Positions 39,367 through 55,240 are shown, counted from the first letter of the stretch. The stretch is 64,000 bases of DNA from Eledone cirrhosa (GCA_964016885.1 OZ024741.1:53196001-53260000); one strand, 5' to 3'. Notes: a model not told the origin generated them from the sequence alone. Translations and numbers: made by a program.

Positions 39367-39740
39367 ATATTATTCAAAATATTAATAAATGAAAAATATT
39401 CTCATAACCAAAATATATATTATATTATACATATTTCAAAGGAACAATGTTGTTTAAGTACGTTTTCATCAGATAAAATATATGAGAGATTGGATATGCG
39501 ACATACCGCTACGGTTTTGATTATTCAATTCCAATAGTGGCAGTCATGGAATTGAATTGGAATTCTGCCACTATTGGAATTGAATAATCAAAACCGTAGC
39601 GGTATGTCGCATATCCAATCTCTCATATATTTTATCTGATGAAAACGTACTTAAACAACATTGTTCCTTTGAAATATGTATAATAAAATATATATTTTGG
39701 TTATGAGAATATTTTTCTTTATTAATATTTTGAATAATAT
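39367..39740. repeat. Fold-back with 177-bp arms and 21-nt spacer; hammerheads at 39418-39480 (-) and 39628-39690 (+)
   Basis: Arms 39367-39543 / 39565-39740 almost identical. Confidence 0.9.
39628..39690 (+). ncRNA. PLE-type hammerhead (mirror copy on minus at 39418-39480)
   Basis: TATTTTAT-CTGATGA-AAACG..AACAACATTGTTCCTTT-GAAA-TATGTA-TA-ATAAAATA. Confidence 0.65.
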
Positions 39741-39770
39741 ATATATATATATATATAAACACACATATAT

Positions 39771-39779
39771 ATGTGTATG

Positions 39780-39822
<43 letters not shown>

Positions 39823-39823
39823 C

Positions 39824-39901
<78 letters not shown>

Positions 39902-39928
39902 GTGTGCGTTCGTGTGTGTGTGTGTGTG

Positions 39929-39977
<49 letters not shown>

Positions 39978-40038
39978 GTGTGTGTGTGTGTGTGCGTCTG
40001 TGCGCGTGTGTGTGTGTGCGTGTGTGTGCGTGCGTGTA

Positions 40039-40087
<49 letters not shown>

Positions 40088-40126
40088 GTGTGTGTGTGTG
40101 CGTGTGTGTGCGTGCGTGTGTGTGTG

Positions 40127-40165
<39 letters not shown>

Positions 40166-40215
40166 CTGTGCGCGTGTGTGTGTGTGCGTGTGTGTGCGTG
40201 CGTGTATGTCTGTGT
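39771..40215. repeat. (TG)n/(CG) compound microsatellite
   Basis: About 440 bp of near-continuous alternating purine-pyrimidine with an internal higher-order duplication. Confidence 0.95.
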
Positions 40216-40802
40216 ATCTGAGTGTGTCTGTGTCTGTGCTTTTACGTTTGTTTTTATGTCACCCTCTGTTTATGTCCCGTAATATTGCGATTTGACAAAT
40301 TGTAGATCGATAAAAATTATATCAGTCTTGGAAGTACTGGGGTCGATATGAACGACTAAATCCCTTCAAGGTGGTGGTCTAGAGTAGCTGCAACAGTAAA
40401 AGAGTATAAAGGAATGAAATAGAATGTAGAAACTTGAGACCTGTAAGTAGCTATTCCAGTCCACTTTGCCTTTTATCTTTTCAAGATCGAAGAATTAAAT
40501 AACAGTCAAGTATCTTTATACGATTGTAATCGATTTAACTCTTAACCCTGCATAGCTGTTCAGGGGAGACCTTACAAATAAAGTTATCTTCATAGACGTG
40601 CCCTGAACGTTGCAAGGTCAACTCAGGTTAGTGAGGGCAATAGAGTTGTTCGGATTGAGAACCCTGGATTGATATATGTAGTAAGATGGTGAAGGAAGGG
40701 AACGTGCAAGGGATTAGTGGAGTGTTTGTTCAGTGATTCTTGTACAACTAGACCCCCCTAGAGAACGGAAAAGCTACGTGAGTTGAAGATAATGCACAGG
40801 CG

Positions 40803-40914
<112 letters not shown>

Positions 40915-41009
40915 GCGCGCATGTGTATGTATGTGCGCGCATGTGTATGTGCCTATGTGTGTAAGTGTGTGGTGAGTGTGTGTATGTAAATTTGTATATA
41001 TACACACAT

Positions 41010-41104
<95 letters not shown>

Positions 41105-41515
41105 AAATATATATATATATATATGTGTGTGTGCATGCATATACGTATAGGTATAAATATGCATAAATGCACACATATATATGTATGTATTTATTCAAAG
41201 ATACATTGAAATATTGATCTACAGAAACTGAATGTCAATAATGAAGATTATAATTAATCGAGTTGGATTAGCGAGCATGGAGGCTCTCTCTAAAGAATAG
41301 CAGAATTGTGCATGAACAGACACTTCTACACGCATATATATACATACACGAAGACGCCTGTTCATACAAAAGATCCCAAGCCATATATGTATAAATACAT
41401 ATATATCTGCTGACACCCACACATAGAAGAATGTGTTTATAAGCGAAAATCTGTTAATCTCATATAGGTGCGCACACATACCATCATGTACATAATTAAA
41501 CACATGTGGTCACTA

Positions 41516-41546
<31 letters not shown>

Positions 41547-42332
41547 CTTCTTCTTCTTCTTCTTCTTCTTCTTCTTCTTCTTCTTCTTCCCTCTCTTATA
41601 CTTGAAAGGGTCATGGGGACAGTGTACTTAAGAAAATACTATATATTTTCAACCGTTCAACAGACTGGCAGAGGTATACAGTCCAGAAACATGTTGATTG
41701 TTCCTCAAAGCAAATATTGAATAAACAGGTGAAGATCGGTCACCGGCACGGCACAGCTTCAAATCGGGCCGTTTGTTTACAAATAAATCTAAATTCTAAA
41801 CTATAAAAAGTAAGGAGTGCGGGACTGCGTCCAGAATATATTTTATTTTATCCCGTTTGTAAAATAAGTTGGATCAATTTGAATAAATAATGAATGAATA
41901 TTACATAATTTATCTACTAAATTTCGTTATTCTTGATTTCATATAAATAATTTTGTTGCTTATTTTAATATTCACTTCTTTAAAACTTTCAAATGTCAAA
42001 ACTTCCGGTTAGCGATCGCTTAAATAAATATTCATATATTTCCGTCACTAATTTTCTCCTAATGCAGTTTATATATAACATCATCTTTTGTTAATGTATC
42101 ATGGATTACGTTACTGATTTCATAAGACAGTGTATCGCAATTCGTTCAATTTCTGTGTATAATGTCAATTACGATTTTATTTGATGTATCATATCTAGTG
42201 TATAATATCAATATGCACACTACACATGCTAGCAGAAAAACCACTTGGAGGGTGGTTTTTCATGCTAGTTCTTATTAATGTTCGATATAAGCCATACGTA
42301 CATATGTGTATGTATATATATATGTGTATGTA

Positions 42333-42398
<66 letters not shown>

Positions 42399-42490
42399 TG
42401 TGTGTGTATATATGTTTGTGCGTGTACGTGTGCATACTTACTTTCATTTATGTATCAGCTGTGCCAGGGCGAGAAATAAAATTCTAATTC

Positions 42491-42584
<94 letters not shown>

Positions 42585-42866
42585 TATACAAATATCGGAA
42601 TTTAATTGCTAAACCTGTAGATATTTGTTTCTACTTTAGGCACAAGGCCAGCAATTACCCAGTTCATTACTGGTACTTTATTTTATCGATCCCGTAGATA
42701 TTGTTCTCTATACAGTAACGGTAAAACTCGCTTGTAATAATTCTTTTCACACATCTCACTGTGTAACACACTTCTCTTTGTGTAATATATTTGCATATAT
42801 ATATATATATTTCGTTTCTGAATTTGTTTAGTAAGATTCTTTATAAAAAAAAGTATGTTGAAACCG

Positions 42867-42948
42867 ATATTGTTATACTTTGGGAGGGTCATGTGCGTCA
42901 TGTGCGTGTGTTTCTTATTGGCAACATGACCCTCCCAAAGTATAACAA

Positions 42949-42951
<3 letters not shown>
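42867..42951. repeat. Perfect 28-bp inverted repeat next to (TA)n
   Basis: ATATTGTTATACTTTGGGAGGGTCATGT / ACATGACCCTCCCAAAGTATAACAATAT; related pieces at 23311-23340 and 48835-48895. Confidence 0.85.
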
Positions 42952-43036
<85 letters not shown>

Positions 43037-43219
43037 ATTATTTATATGTATATATGTGCGTGAGTAATAAAACAGATAGAAATAGCATCAATACCAAAAG
43101 TAAACAAAAGATAATTTGAGACAGGTGAATCAATTATCCGAATATCTAAATTTCAACGTGTATCAATAAAACAGTTCATCTGTTAGTCACAAAAAATGAA
43201 AAGTAGTCATACATATACG

Positions 43220-43325
43220 CTCACTGACGAAATCCTTGCATATGGTGTTAGATTATTTATTCCAGGACCGACTGAATAAACCTCACTAATAATGGATAAC
43301 GATCGTGAAATATTAATATTTGGGG
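43220..43325 (+). ncRNA. Possible long-stem-II hammerhead
   Basis: CTCA-CTGACGA..76 nt..GAAA-TATTAATA-TT-TGGG; stem II base poor. Confidence 0.35.
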
Positions 43326-44808
43326 TCCTCATAAGCTTGCTATTGCATCAAATTTTCAAGGTAACAAATTGCATATGATTTAATGTTCATCGGTGTTCAG
43401 AATCAGGCTCTATTTGTATTCATATATATATATATGTCACCGAGATTATGGAAATAATCGAGAGGGGAGCTCAAGTTATCAATAAAAGGAGTAACCTCTT
43501 TAGCACCTGCCTCCACAGATCTTCTGGAACCTTCCTCAAACTGTACAGACTAACAACGTAGTTGTACTAGTTGAATACTATTGCACTAGTTGAAGACTAT
43601 TCCACTTGTCCGTGGAAGCCGGGCATGACCACGTAGCAAACAAACCCAGCGTCAGGCGAACCTTGGATATCTTGTTTTTGCACACCTGGCATCTCTATTT
43701 GTACATGTCTCTTGTCCTTTGTTCCTTATTTCTCTGTTTATATACCTACTGTTGTTTTCTTATGTATTATTGTGTTCTCGTTTCTTATCTGATTGTTCCT
43801 GTCCCTACTTTCGCTTCCCGTAACTCTCTTCCATGGCCTAACAGCCCTTTTGATAGTTTTGTTGCCACTGTAGTTGGGACTGAATGCTATAATTATTACT
43901 AGCCTTGTGCCTTGGAATGATAGAGAGGATTGTATTAACTGTGAATGTATTTGTTTATATAAATACCCATCTATATTTCTATCCCATTTTCACTTCCTTG
44001 TTTCAACGGACTATTATTATGGTTAGTTTATTTTTCATGGAAGCGTGGCTTTTTCCTGTTGCCGCCGTCGCCGTGGTGGGGTCATGACTGGTATTGTTGT
44101 TGGTGTTGTTGTTGTTGGTGTTACCAATGGCTTAATACTAACATAGATGATACCACCACTACTACGACGAATTGGGTAGGTGATGGGTGGTATTGGTGTT
44201 TGTTGCCGTTACCATTGTTGTTGTTACTGTTTATGGCCATGGTGATTGATACCACCAACTCTGTGTACCCACCTACCTCTGAACTCCTTTTTACTGCTTT
44301 GGCGTTATCGCTGTTTATTGTCGACAGCGTGGTACCGTTACTGGGACGACTACGACCTGTGTACACGACGCTGGTCTGTGTTTATGCTGTTGTTGTCGTT
44401 TGTTGCTGTTGTTGTCGTTGTAAATATTTACTGTAACTGTTGCTTTAGTTGTTGTTGTCAATAGGGTGGTGGTATCACAACGACTATTGCGACCAGTGTG
44501 GACAACTTTGGTCAGCGGTTTGATGTTATTGTCGTTATTGTTGTTGTCGTTGTCGTTGTTGTTGTTATTGTAGTTGTTGTCTATATGTGGTTGTCAACAA
44601 AACATATACCCCACCCTCCCTCAGAGCTCCATTTATTGCTTCCACTGTCTACTGGGTTTTGGCTGCCCACAGTTCTTCGTTCTTTTCGTCTTTTTTCGTT
44701 GATAGATTTTTCTAACAAACGCGACGGCAAGTAACTCATATGTATGCTGGAGATACAGGCATTAGGGTGTGTGTTTTCCTGCCAGCGACATATCAAATAC
44801 ATCGATTT

Positions 44809-44896
44809 TCGTCTGACGATACCGTTCTCATAATCAACAGCAAATGTATGAAGGACATCTCGATTGCATGGAGAACCGTGGACATAATTATTACGA
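44809..44896 (+). ncRNA. Long-stem-II hammerhead (GAAA mutated here, intact in the inverted copy at 45679-45682)
   Basis: TCGT-CTGACGA-TACCGTTCTC..GAGAACCGTG-GACA-TAATTA-TT-ACGA. Confidence 0.6.
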
Positions 44897-45689
44897 TTAA
44901 ACGATATATGTAACCTCAGCATCTTATTTTGTTATTTCTATAAAATTCTCCATCGTAACTAAAACGACAATTGTTGAGAGCTTTCTCCTGCTTATATAAA
45001 TATATATAATTATATAATTGGAGGCTTAGTAAAATCGAATCTTTGGCGGCGTGCAAGCAAATTCGACCTACTATATGAATGAGTTAGCAAAGCAGTCGAC
45101 AATGTAGGTCCTTAGAGTAATAACATACGTTTAAATAGCTTGACAAATTGAACATTGTGGTAGGCAAAATCTAACACACAATACCAAAGTAACGAAAGAA
45201 CTAACAGGTTGAGAAAAAATACACCTGGATAAATCAAACGTTATACGTTTAAAGTGTTTCTATGAATCCGAAATCAAATATCAGACTTACGTAACTGGCA
45301 AGCTCGTGGTATTCATGATCGAACAGAGATTTCATTTCATCAACAGGATTTCGTTCTACCAAAGAACGGGGTGAGATACTAAATGTTGCAGCTAACAGCA
45401 GCGAATCGGACATTTAGTTGTCACGTGTTATTTCCAAAAAGGGAAATAACCCCCGGTTTTGGCGGGTCATTCAAAGTGTTAGACAAAGGAAATATTATAA
45501 TTTCCGCTAACTTTCAGAATAAGCTCTCGACCAGATTTCGGAAAAGATTGTTTTGGTAAAAAGAGGAGTAAGCAGAAGAAAGCTCTCAACAATTGTTGTT
45601 TTAGTTACGATGGAGAATTTTATAGAAATAATAAAATAAGATGCTGAGGTTACATATATCGTTTAATCATAATAATTATTTCCACGGTT
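44874..45689. repeat. Convergent inverted repeat, 121-bp arms, 574-bp spacer
   Basis: Arms 44874-44994 / 45569-45689. Confidence 0.85.
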
Positions 45690-45731
45690 ATGCGTGTGCG
45701 TGTGAATATACATATATATATATATGTGTGA

Positions 45732-45824
<93 letters not shown>

Positions 45825-47149
45825 TACGCACACACACACATATATTTATATATAGGGAGAGATAGGGTGGAGATATAATGTAATATGATATAATGCATTA
45901 TATTATAATATAATATATATATATATATATATCCACTTGTGCGTGTCTGCATATGTGTCTTATGTGTAAGTGTGCGCGAAGTTTTATGTGGAAAAAATCG
46001 AAAGAGCAAGGAAACAAATTAGTTCGATATATGAAAGATCACAGCAGCACTAAATATGTTTTATAACGCTTCTATCCATTAATATTCGGTACCAATTTAT
46101 TTTGCTAGCTTTGTCGATTTCAGCGTAATTAATTATATCAACATGTTATCCGACTGGCACCGAAACTTGTTTATTAGTTGTTGTAGAAAAAAGGGAGAGA
46201 GAGTTTTTGTGTGAGAGAGAAAGTGGTGGGGAGAAAGAGGAAATCGAGAAATGTATCGACTCATGAAAACATTAAATTGCGGTAAAAAAAAATAGCCTCG
46301 CCTCATTAACATAATTAAAATCAGATAAATAAACCATCGTCATTCAGATTTAATTAACATCTTTGCGTACTTTTTTCAAATCTAGTCGCAGTTAACATTT
46401 ATTTTCATCGAGGGTTGATATAATATAGTACCAGTTAAATACTGGGTAGACCGATAACTACACAGCACGTCCGTAGATTGCTGAAATTGTGAGAGCGTCT
46501 TACAAAAGGCCTTGCGGTATTTGATAGAGCTCTTTATGTTTTGATCACAATGTTGTCCTTATTTTTCTGCAGGTCGATAATAAAGTACCATTCATAGTGT
46601 GGTGGTGTAGTAGAATTGTTAGAATGCTAGAATGACTTGCGGTATTCTTTCTGGCCTATATGCTCTGAGTTTGCTTGTGGCGTTCACTGGAGCCAAGTTG
46701 TAACAGTCTTTGCTAATCCATTTGACAACATTGTTTTTCGCGAAGAAGCCGTAGCGGACACCTTTGTACACACTTTCCCACTTACTTCTTATCAACAACA
46801 CACGTAATAAACAGACACGTGCACACATGAATCATAATATGCACCCCACCTACACACAACCACCAACTACATGTCTCCACCCTTCTTCTCGACACACACA
46901 CCCGCACGCCAGTCCACCTAACCCCCCCCCCCCCCCCCCCGCCTCATCTCCCGTTCTTTTTTATTTTATTTCTAATTTTATTTTTTTTAAATATATATTT
47001 TTATTTCCTTCGCGCTTTTCCTTTTATGATTTTCCTGATGAAGGGCAAATATTATCTATGTTGTAACTCACTCACTCTCTTCTAAGCGTGAAACAAATAC
47101 GATTTTATATTAATGCATCCTCTTGTTTGTTCGTTTCTTAGTTGCATGA

Positions 47150-47244
<95 letters not shown>

Positions 47245-48890
47245 CATATGCTTATATATGCAGCCATATATCTATATACAAATACATACAAATATAAAGC
47301 CCGACTGCGATAAATACGCACACATACACATGCACTAATCTATATATACACACTTTCATGCTAAATTCTCATACCTCACCACCAGCAACACCACCACTAC
47401 CACACAGCACTACCAATACGCGACAACCCCAATATCACGCCAATTCGTCCCTCACCACCGTGTCAAAGTACCATCCTCCCCAGTAGAGCTATCAATGTAA
47501 GTACCACAATTAGTACTTTGGCCGAAACTACAACCACCACCATTATCATCGGTACCATTGCTGCTTCTCCCTCCTCAACTCTATCACCATTCCCTCCACC
47601 CAATCACACACACATCACCATCATTCCTCCATCATCTGACCATTGCTACGACTCCCATCACCAGCACCACCACCAAGCTCTCACCATTAAACCATCGGTA
47701 CAGCTCCCACACCATCCAGTGTTACCACCAGCCCCACCACCACCATCATCTTCATCACTTCTCCATCGCTACCATGCCCTCAATATCCATGATGACCTCC
47801 ATACCACCACCACTCTTACCGACATCGCCGTCATCAACACCATTTCATATACGTCTCTATAAATCTATTGGTCTACTGAAGCGAAGCCTCTTGCCTGTAA
47901 CCTGACGAAAATTGTCAAAAGATGAGGCAATTCAGTTAAAGGTCCAACTAATTGTGTCGATCAACCATGAAATGCCGACATTTCAATTAATTAGAGATTT
48001 CATTGTGTTACTTCATGAAAACCTCCGGAGTTGTTACTACACACTTGGTAAAACTAACTGGGGAAAAATCAACGTAATAGATCTTCCTGCTCCAGGCCTG
48101 AGGTATATCACGAGCGAGATGATTGTATAACGATCATAGGACTGTTTCTTTAGATAAGAGTGTCTAGAAGGCGTGTCTGAGGAGTCGGTTTTTATGACCA
48201 TCCAAGTAGCAGGTGGTAGAAGAAGAAGAAGAAGAAGAAGAAGAAGAAGAAGAAGAAGAAGAAGAAGAAGAAGAAGAAGAAGAAGAAGAAGAAGAAGAAG
48301 ATATTTCATTGTTTTACTGACTACAGAAGAATTCCCTTCTCATTACTGTCCACGTGGGACAACCAACTGGGGAAGTATCAACATGGTAATTAGACCTACT
48401 AGAAATAGCAGCGACATCATACTACACAGAGTCACAAATAAATGCATGCAGTGGACAAAATAATCCCTGGCTTTCAGAATTACGTGAGGTCACAGCGGGA
48501 ATATCTTTGAGGAAAGCTTGCTCGAAAACAATGACCGGTCAATTTATAGTCATTCCATAGTGAAGTCAGAAAGTGCTCAGCTGCCTCGTCTTCTGGCCCC
48601 TCTGCTAAACCCCTCTCTCTCTCTCTCTGTCTCATCTTCCAGCATTATAAATCCCTACATTACCACTACATAACTCTAGTTTAACGTTTAACTATCTCTC
48701 TCTCTATATATATACATATATATATATGTATTGAGTACCTTACTTACTGTGGTTACACCCGATTGAACCCGGGATGAACATATATATATATATCATACAT
48801 ACATATCTCTCTCTCTCCCTATATATATATATACAAAGCATAACAATATCGGTTTCAAGACACGTTTTCAGTTTCTAAACAAATTCAGAA

Positions 48891-48986
<96 letters not shown>

Positions 48987-49099
48987 ATATATATATATAT
49001 ATATATATACATGAAAACAGGGAGAAAAAGACGATTATTAGGAAGAAAACTATATATAACATAAAAAACATTAAACAGCACTTATAGAAGACTAATATT

Positions 49100-49445
49100 T
49101 TTCCCAAACCTGCCGAGTGTCAACCTGGCACCTGAGGCAAAATCTGATAATACTCATATTTTACAATCAATTGTCGCACAAACGATGCCACAAGGGCACA
49201 ATCAACAGTAAATATCCTTGCAACGTTTGTAAATTCATATGCCCTTCTTAGCACCAGTCAGCACTATTTTTTGTATCACTTGCAGGGATGGCTTTCCAGG
49301 TGTCTGGTCCAAATATTTTTTACTACCCTTTTTTATCATTCCAAGTCTGCCGACTATCATTGGTATTGTATAGGTCTCAAGATGCCACATTTTCTCAATT
49401 TCAATTGATAGATCTTCATACTTAACGAGCTTTCCGAACTCTTTC
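49100..49445 (-). mobile_element. R4/Dong-like (restriction-like endonuclease) LINE 3' remnant
   Basis: Minus translation KLVKYEDLSIEIEKMWHLETYTIPMIVGRLGMIKK..IQKIVLTG; a 3' UTR piece resembles 4130-4175. Confidence 0.7.
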
Positions 49446-49605
49446 TAAATGACAGTGAGCACAATTCGGGTGCATGTACAGTGGCTATGTACCGCTGATT
49501 CCTTCCAGAGAAAGTTAGAAAGTGAGAAACATTGATAGAGGAAGAATCGACCCTGTACTAGACATGTACTATTTTATCGACCCCGAAAGGATGAAAGGCA
49601 AAATT

Positions 49606-49950
49606 TAATTGAATATATGATAGAGATGAACAGAGATATAAGTATACATGTGTTCGAATTGCAAAGGACCAGGTTAACTAGGTCTGCTAATTTTTGGATC
49701 TCTACTGAAGAGCACAGAAATAGTGGCTTTCACTTAATAATACTTGCGAAACCGATTTAAGTCTGTCTTAGTATCAAAGGCTTTTGCCCGATATAGGTTT
49801 GTTATTTTTATTGATTTATTACTTTAAATCGAGTCAGGCAAACCATATTGTATTAAGTTAGTATTTCTTTCAATCTAGTTAACTTGGTCCTTTGCAATTG
49901 GAACACATGTATACTTATATCTGTGTTCAGCTCTCTCATATATTCAATTA
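49606..49950. repeat. Inverted repeat (76-bp arms) enclosing a plus-strand hammerhead motif at about 49695-49778
   Basis: Arms 49606-49681 / 49875-49950; CTGAAGA-GCA..TGC-GAAA-CCGAT TTAA GTCTG-TC. Confidence 0.65.
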
Positions 49951-50070
49951 TATTATGTTACTCGGCTCGGAAAAAATGTCTTTCTTTGAGCTATTTAATT
50001 GTAAAAGACTATTTCGAGTTTCTAACACAATGTATGTTATATATATATATATTATAAATTAAAAAAACGA

Positions 50071-50151
<81 letters not shown>

Positions 50152-50385
50152 TTTCCCTCATATATGTACTTACGCACACATTTTCACCATACACACGCAT
50201 TTGTACATACATACATATGTACATTTGTGAGTGTATATACATACATATACACACACCTAACTATATTTCCTTATATTTTTTTATATATTTTATATGTCTA
50301 TTGCATTACCTTTATTTATATATATATATATTTTTTTTGCATTTCTTGAGGAGACTTTCCAAATATTTCACTATGTTTTATAGTG

Positions 50386-50455
50386 CCTTGTCCAACGAAC
50401 GAATGAGGACGTTTCTTTCGTATTCGTCTTATTCGGGAAACCTCTGGTAATGAGG
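50386..50455 (+). ncRNA. Decayed hammerhead (core CCAACGA)
   Basis: Stem I CCTTGT/ATGAGG; stem II CGAAT/ATTCG; GAAA; stem III ACC/GGT; GTA. Confidence 0.45.
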
Positions 50456-50639
50456 TAATTATATTGTATTGTTTATTATACATTATATATATATATATAT
50501 ATATATATGCAAAAGTTCTATTTAAAGTTGTTGGGATACAACAAGTAAATATTTTTATAACTGATATAAAGCACTCGACAAGTTTTTGGAGTAGATATAC
50601 GATATTAATAAATGGAAACTATATTTATAAAACCAGATT

Positions 50640-50704
50640 TATTTCATTATACATATTTCAGGGATACCACATTAAATTATGGTATGCCTTCATCAGACAA
50701 AATA
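50640..50704 (-). ncRNA. PLE-type hammerhead
   Basis: Reverse complement of 52654-52718. Confidence 0.8.
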
Positions 50705-52266
50705 CAATATATAACAGTTTTACAAATAGCTTTGACGTACCCTTTTAAAGCGCAACCATTACTTTTGGAGGCTGTCTGGATAGTGATTTGTTTATATTAT
50801 TTTAATAAGTCATAGTGTTAAGCACAATTAGAAAAAGACGGAGAGAAAGAAAAAAGACGGAGAGAAAGAAAAAAACGGAGAGAAAGAAAAAAAAAGAAAA
50901 AGAAAAAAGACGGAGAGAGAGAAAGAAAGACGGAGAGAGAGAAAGAAAACCTGGAGAAATATCGGAGAGAGAGACAAATGTATGGAGAAAAGAAAGAGAT
51001 AAATAAAGATAGGAGGAAATAAAAAAGAAAGAAAAAAGGAAGAAATAAGAAAAACAAAGGAAAGCAACAGAGAAATATCAAGTCATCATACAGATAGAAA
51101 AACTCAAGAGAGAGAAATATTTTATAGAGAGAGGGGGAGATAATGAAAACTTTACGTCATGTCATATTAAGTTGAGTTAACAATTTATATGAAATGAATA
51201 ATAAAAATATAAATATCAATAATTCTGAATGGGACATAGATATATAATATGAGAAATTAAACATTGTTCAATAATGACTATATGTTTAGTTTAAAAACTT
51301 GAGATCAATATACCAAAATCTGAGTTAAATCGTTCAAAATGTACCCTTGTTATAGAGATCAGTATCTTATGCAAAGACATACAAATATATATGTATATAT
51401 ATATATATACACATACGCACGTCCTGAAAATAGAAATTATGTTTACTCAAGCCAACAATATAGCCATACAAAACGTAAATGATTTCTCTTAATCACTGCT
51501 ATACATTCCTTGTGTTATAAAAGGTTCACAGTACATATACATAAATATATACGATTAATATTCATGTCCCCATATATACGATTATCATTCATGTATTTAA
51601 TATTATGCATATCTGCAACATACCTCTCACCCACATAGATATATATACATACATATATACACATACATATGTATAAATAAATATCTGCGTGCGTCCTCCC
51701 GGATCGTTCATGTATATATACAGACATATATACAAACACAAAAAAAAAACAAAAAAAAACCTATAACACTTTATATGCATGTTAATACACACATATGGAT
51801 TTGTATAGAGATAATCAAATATCAATATATTACTAAAGGATAATAGCTTGTAAATATAACTATAACAATATAAGTGAAATATCTTTAAAACACTATAGAG
51901 TATCTTAAATTAAAATAATGTTTTATATATTTAGTATAGAAATTTATCCTACGTATATCTCAATCAAGATATTGAAAGGGTAGACTTATGAGAGTTATAA
52001 GAAGCTATCAGAATCAAAACAAATAAATAAATAAAAATAATTAAAACATTTAAAAAACCCAATGATTCTACAGATAACCTTATATTTAGTATAGAAATTT
52101 ATCTTACGTATATTTTATTTAATACATTGGAAGTATAGACATTTTAGAGTAGTTTATTATATCCATGTTTATATTTAGGAAGAAAGTTTAAAAAGAAAAA
52201 GGTGAAGGAATCTAATGATTTATCGACAGGTTTCATATATTAACTAAATTACTTAATTAATTATAC

Positions 52267-52596
52267 TACATTTTAAATTTATATTTATATTTAAACGTTG
52301 AGTTCAATCTATGTCTGCAGCAACTGAATAAATTGTTCCTTAGATTAAGTGAATTTTTGGACTTTAATATAAAGAATATTTCTTCAATACAAAGATCACA
52401 ATTTTCTGAAGAGGAATTAAAAGGAGTAGCTTTATGAAATAATATTCCAATTCATCGAATATTTAATATTATCTCGTTTTAGGTCCCATAGTAGACTAGA
52501 TAGCGAAGTTGAAGAATTTTTGTTTGGATCTGTGAAAGAATTCTTATGATTATTGAAGCGAAATTTAAATTCTGTAGAGGTGGAACCAACATAGTT
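52267..52596 (-). pseudogene. PLE GIY-YIG endonuclease fragment
   Basis: YVGSTSTEFKFRFNNH..SLSSLLWDLK..WNII, frameshift, ATPFNS..CDLCIEE..CCRH. Confidence 0.85.
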
Positions 52597-52653
52597 AAAT
52601 GGTTGCACTTTAAAAGGGTACGTCAAAGCTATTTGTAAAACTGTTATATATTG

Positions 52654-52718
52654 TATTTTGTCTGATGAAGGCATACCATAATTTAATGTGGTATCCCTGA
52701 AATATGTATAATGAAATA
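52654..52718 (+). ncRNA. PLE-type hammerhead
   Basis: TATTTTGT-CTGATGA-AGGCATACCAT..GTGGTATCCCT-GAAA-TATGTA-TA-ATGAAATA. Confidence 0.8.
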
Positions 52719-53107
52719 AATATGGTTTTATAAATATAGTTTCCATTTATTAATATCGTATATATATATATATATGAAAACAGGGAGAGAAAGACGATTA
52801 TTAGGAAGAAAAATATATTTTTTTCCCTTTTTCTTTATTTCTCTCTTTATATATATATATATATATATATATATCAACAGGAGAAACATATATTCAATTA
52901 CAAAAGGTAATATATTTAAAATTTAAATACCTAAATCTTAAATATCACCCTTTTTGTAATTGAATATTTATTCTTACATCGTTTTACAATTTATAATATA
53001 TACTTGGTTATATTGTTAGAGCTGAATTACAGGTGATATGACGCATGTCTGATAAAATATTTTAGATTTAAAATTCTCATTAGTATTAATAATATATATA
53101 TATATAT

Positions 53108-53213
<106 letters not shown>

Positions 53214-53822
53214 CACTTCCCCATACAACATAGGTACCACACCATCTTTAATAAGAACACAAAAAGACTCTCCTACTCCACCACACCTAACCTAGCTAGG
53301 AATATAGCCAACCACAATTCTAAAAAATTATATAAGCCAACCACCTCCGAACCCAATCCCCGGACTGGGGCTCTGTGTAATTGCCTAAATAAGGAAGCAT
53401 GCCCACTTGAAAACAAATGCCTCACAAATGATATCGTATACAAATGCGATGTCATCTCAGGCACCGATGATTGCAAAAATACTTAGATCGGCATGACCTC
53501 CAACAACTTTAAGACCCGTTGGTATGCCCATACCCACTCCTTCAGAAGACCGGACAAATCAAACCAGACAACACTCGCCTCCTACGTTTGGGACCTCAAA
53601 AGGAACTCCACCCCCTTCACGCTTAAATGGAAAATACTCCAGAAAGCGCGCTCTTACAACGGAGGACACAAGTGCTGCGACCTTTGTATTTCAGAGAGCT
53701 ACGAAATTTTATTCGCCAAGGGCCCGCTACTGAACAAACTCTCTGAACGCTGCCCGAACTGCATGCACAAGAACTTTGCAACTTTCAAACACTTTAAGCC
53801 AGTATTAAAGCCCGATGGCTAA
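53214..53822 (+). pseudogene. 5'-truncated PLE ORF (thumb end, CxCx5C linker, GIY-YIG) with a nonsense codon at 53484-53486
   Basis: HFP..HRYHTIFN.NT.RLSYS, CNCLNKEACPLENKCL, IVYKC, *IGMT..FKTRWYAH, CDLCISE, CMH. Confidence 0.88.
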
Positions 53823-53954
53823 AAACGACCTCCTCCTATTGGCCCCTATACCTCCTTCCCATCCTACCCCCACCCCTCCTCAACCTGAAATACGGCCACT
53901 ATGGTTATGTGAGTACCTCTTACCTATCTACATTGTCTGCCTCTAGAGATGTTT

Positions 53955-55240
<1,286 letters not shown>

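Larger units (their letters stand above)
50509..52763 (-). mobile_element. 5'-truncated PLE (EN fragment + long 3' UTR + hammerhead + tail) capped by an inverted 166-bp 3' end
   Basis: Arms 50595-50760 / 52598-52763; the inversion joins directly at the YVG codons of the GIY-YIG domain. Confidence 0.85.

Noticed and set aside
44581-44922. 113-aa minus ORF in non-microsatellite DNA
   Set aside because: Lies antisense to a hammerhead-bearing repeat terminus; no motif recognised.
47035-47070. CTGATGAAGGGC hammerhead-like start
   Set aside because: No GCCC-GAAA half follows.
47518-47905. Thr/His/Pro-rich ORFs
   Set aside because: Decayed (CAC/CAT)n low-complexity sequence.
47902-47990. CTGACGA..GAAATGCCGACATT
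   Set aside because: Stem I and the stem II base do not pair; not counted as a hammerhead.
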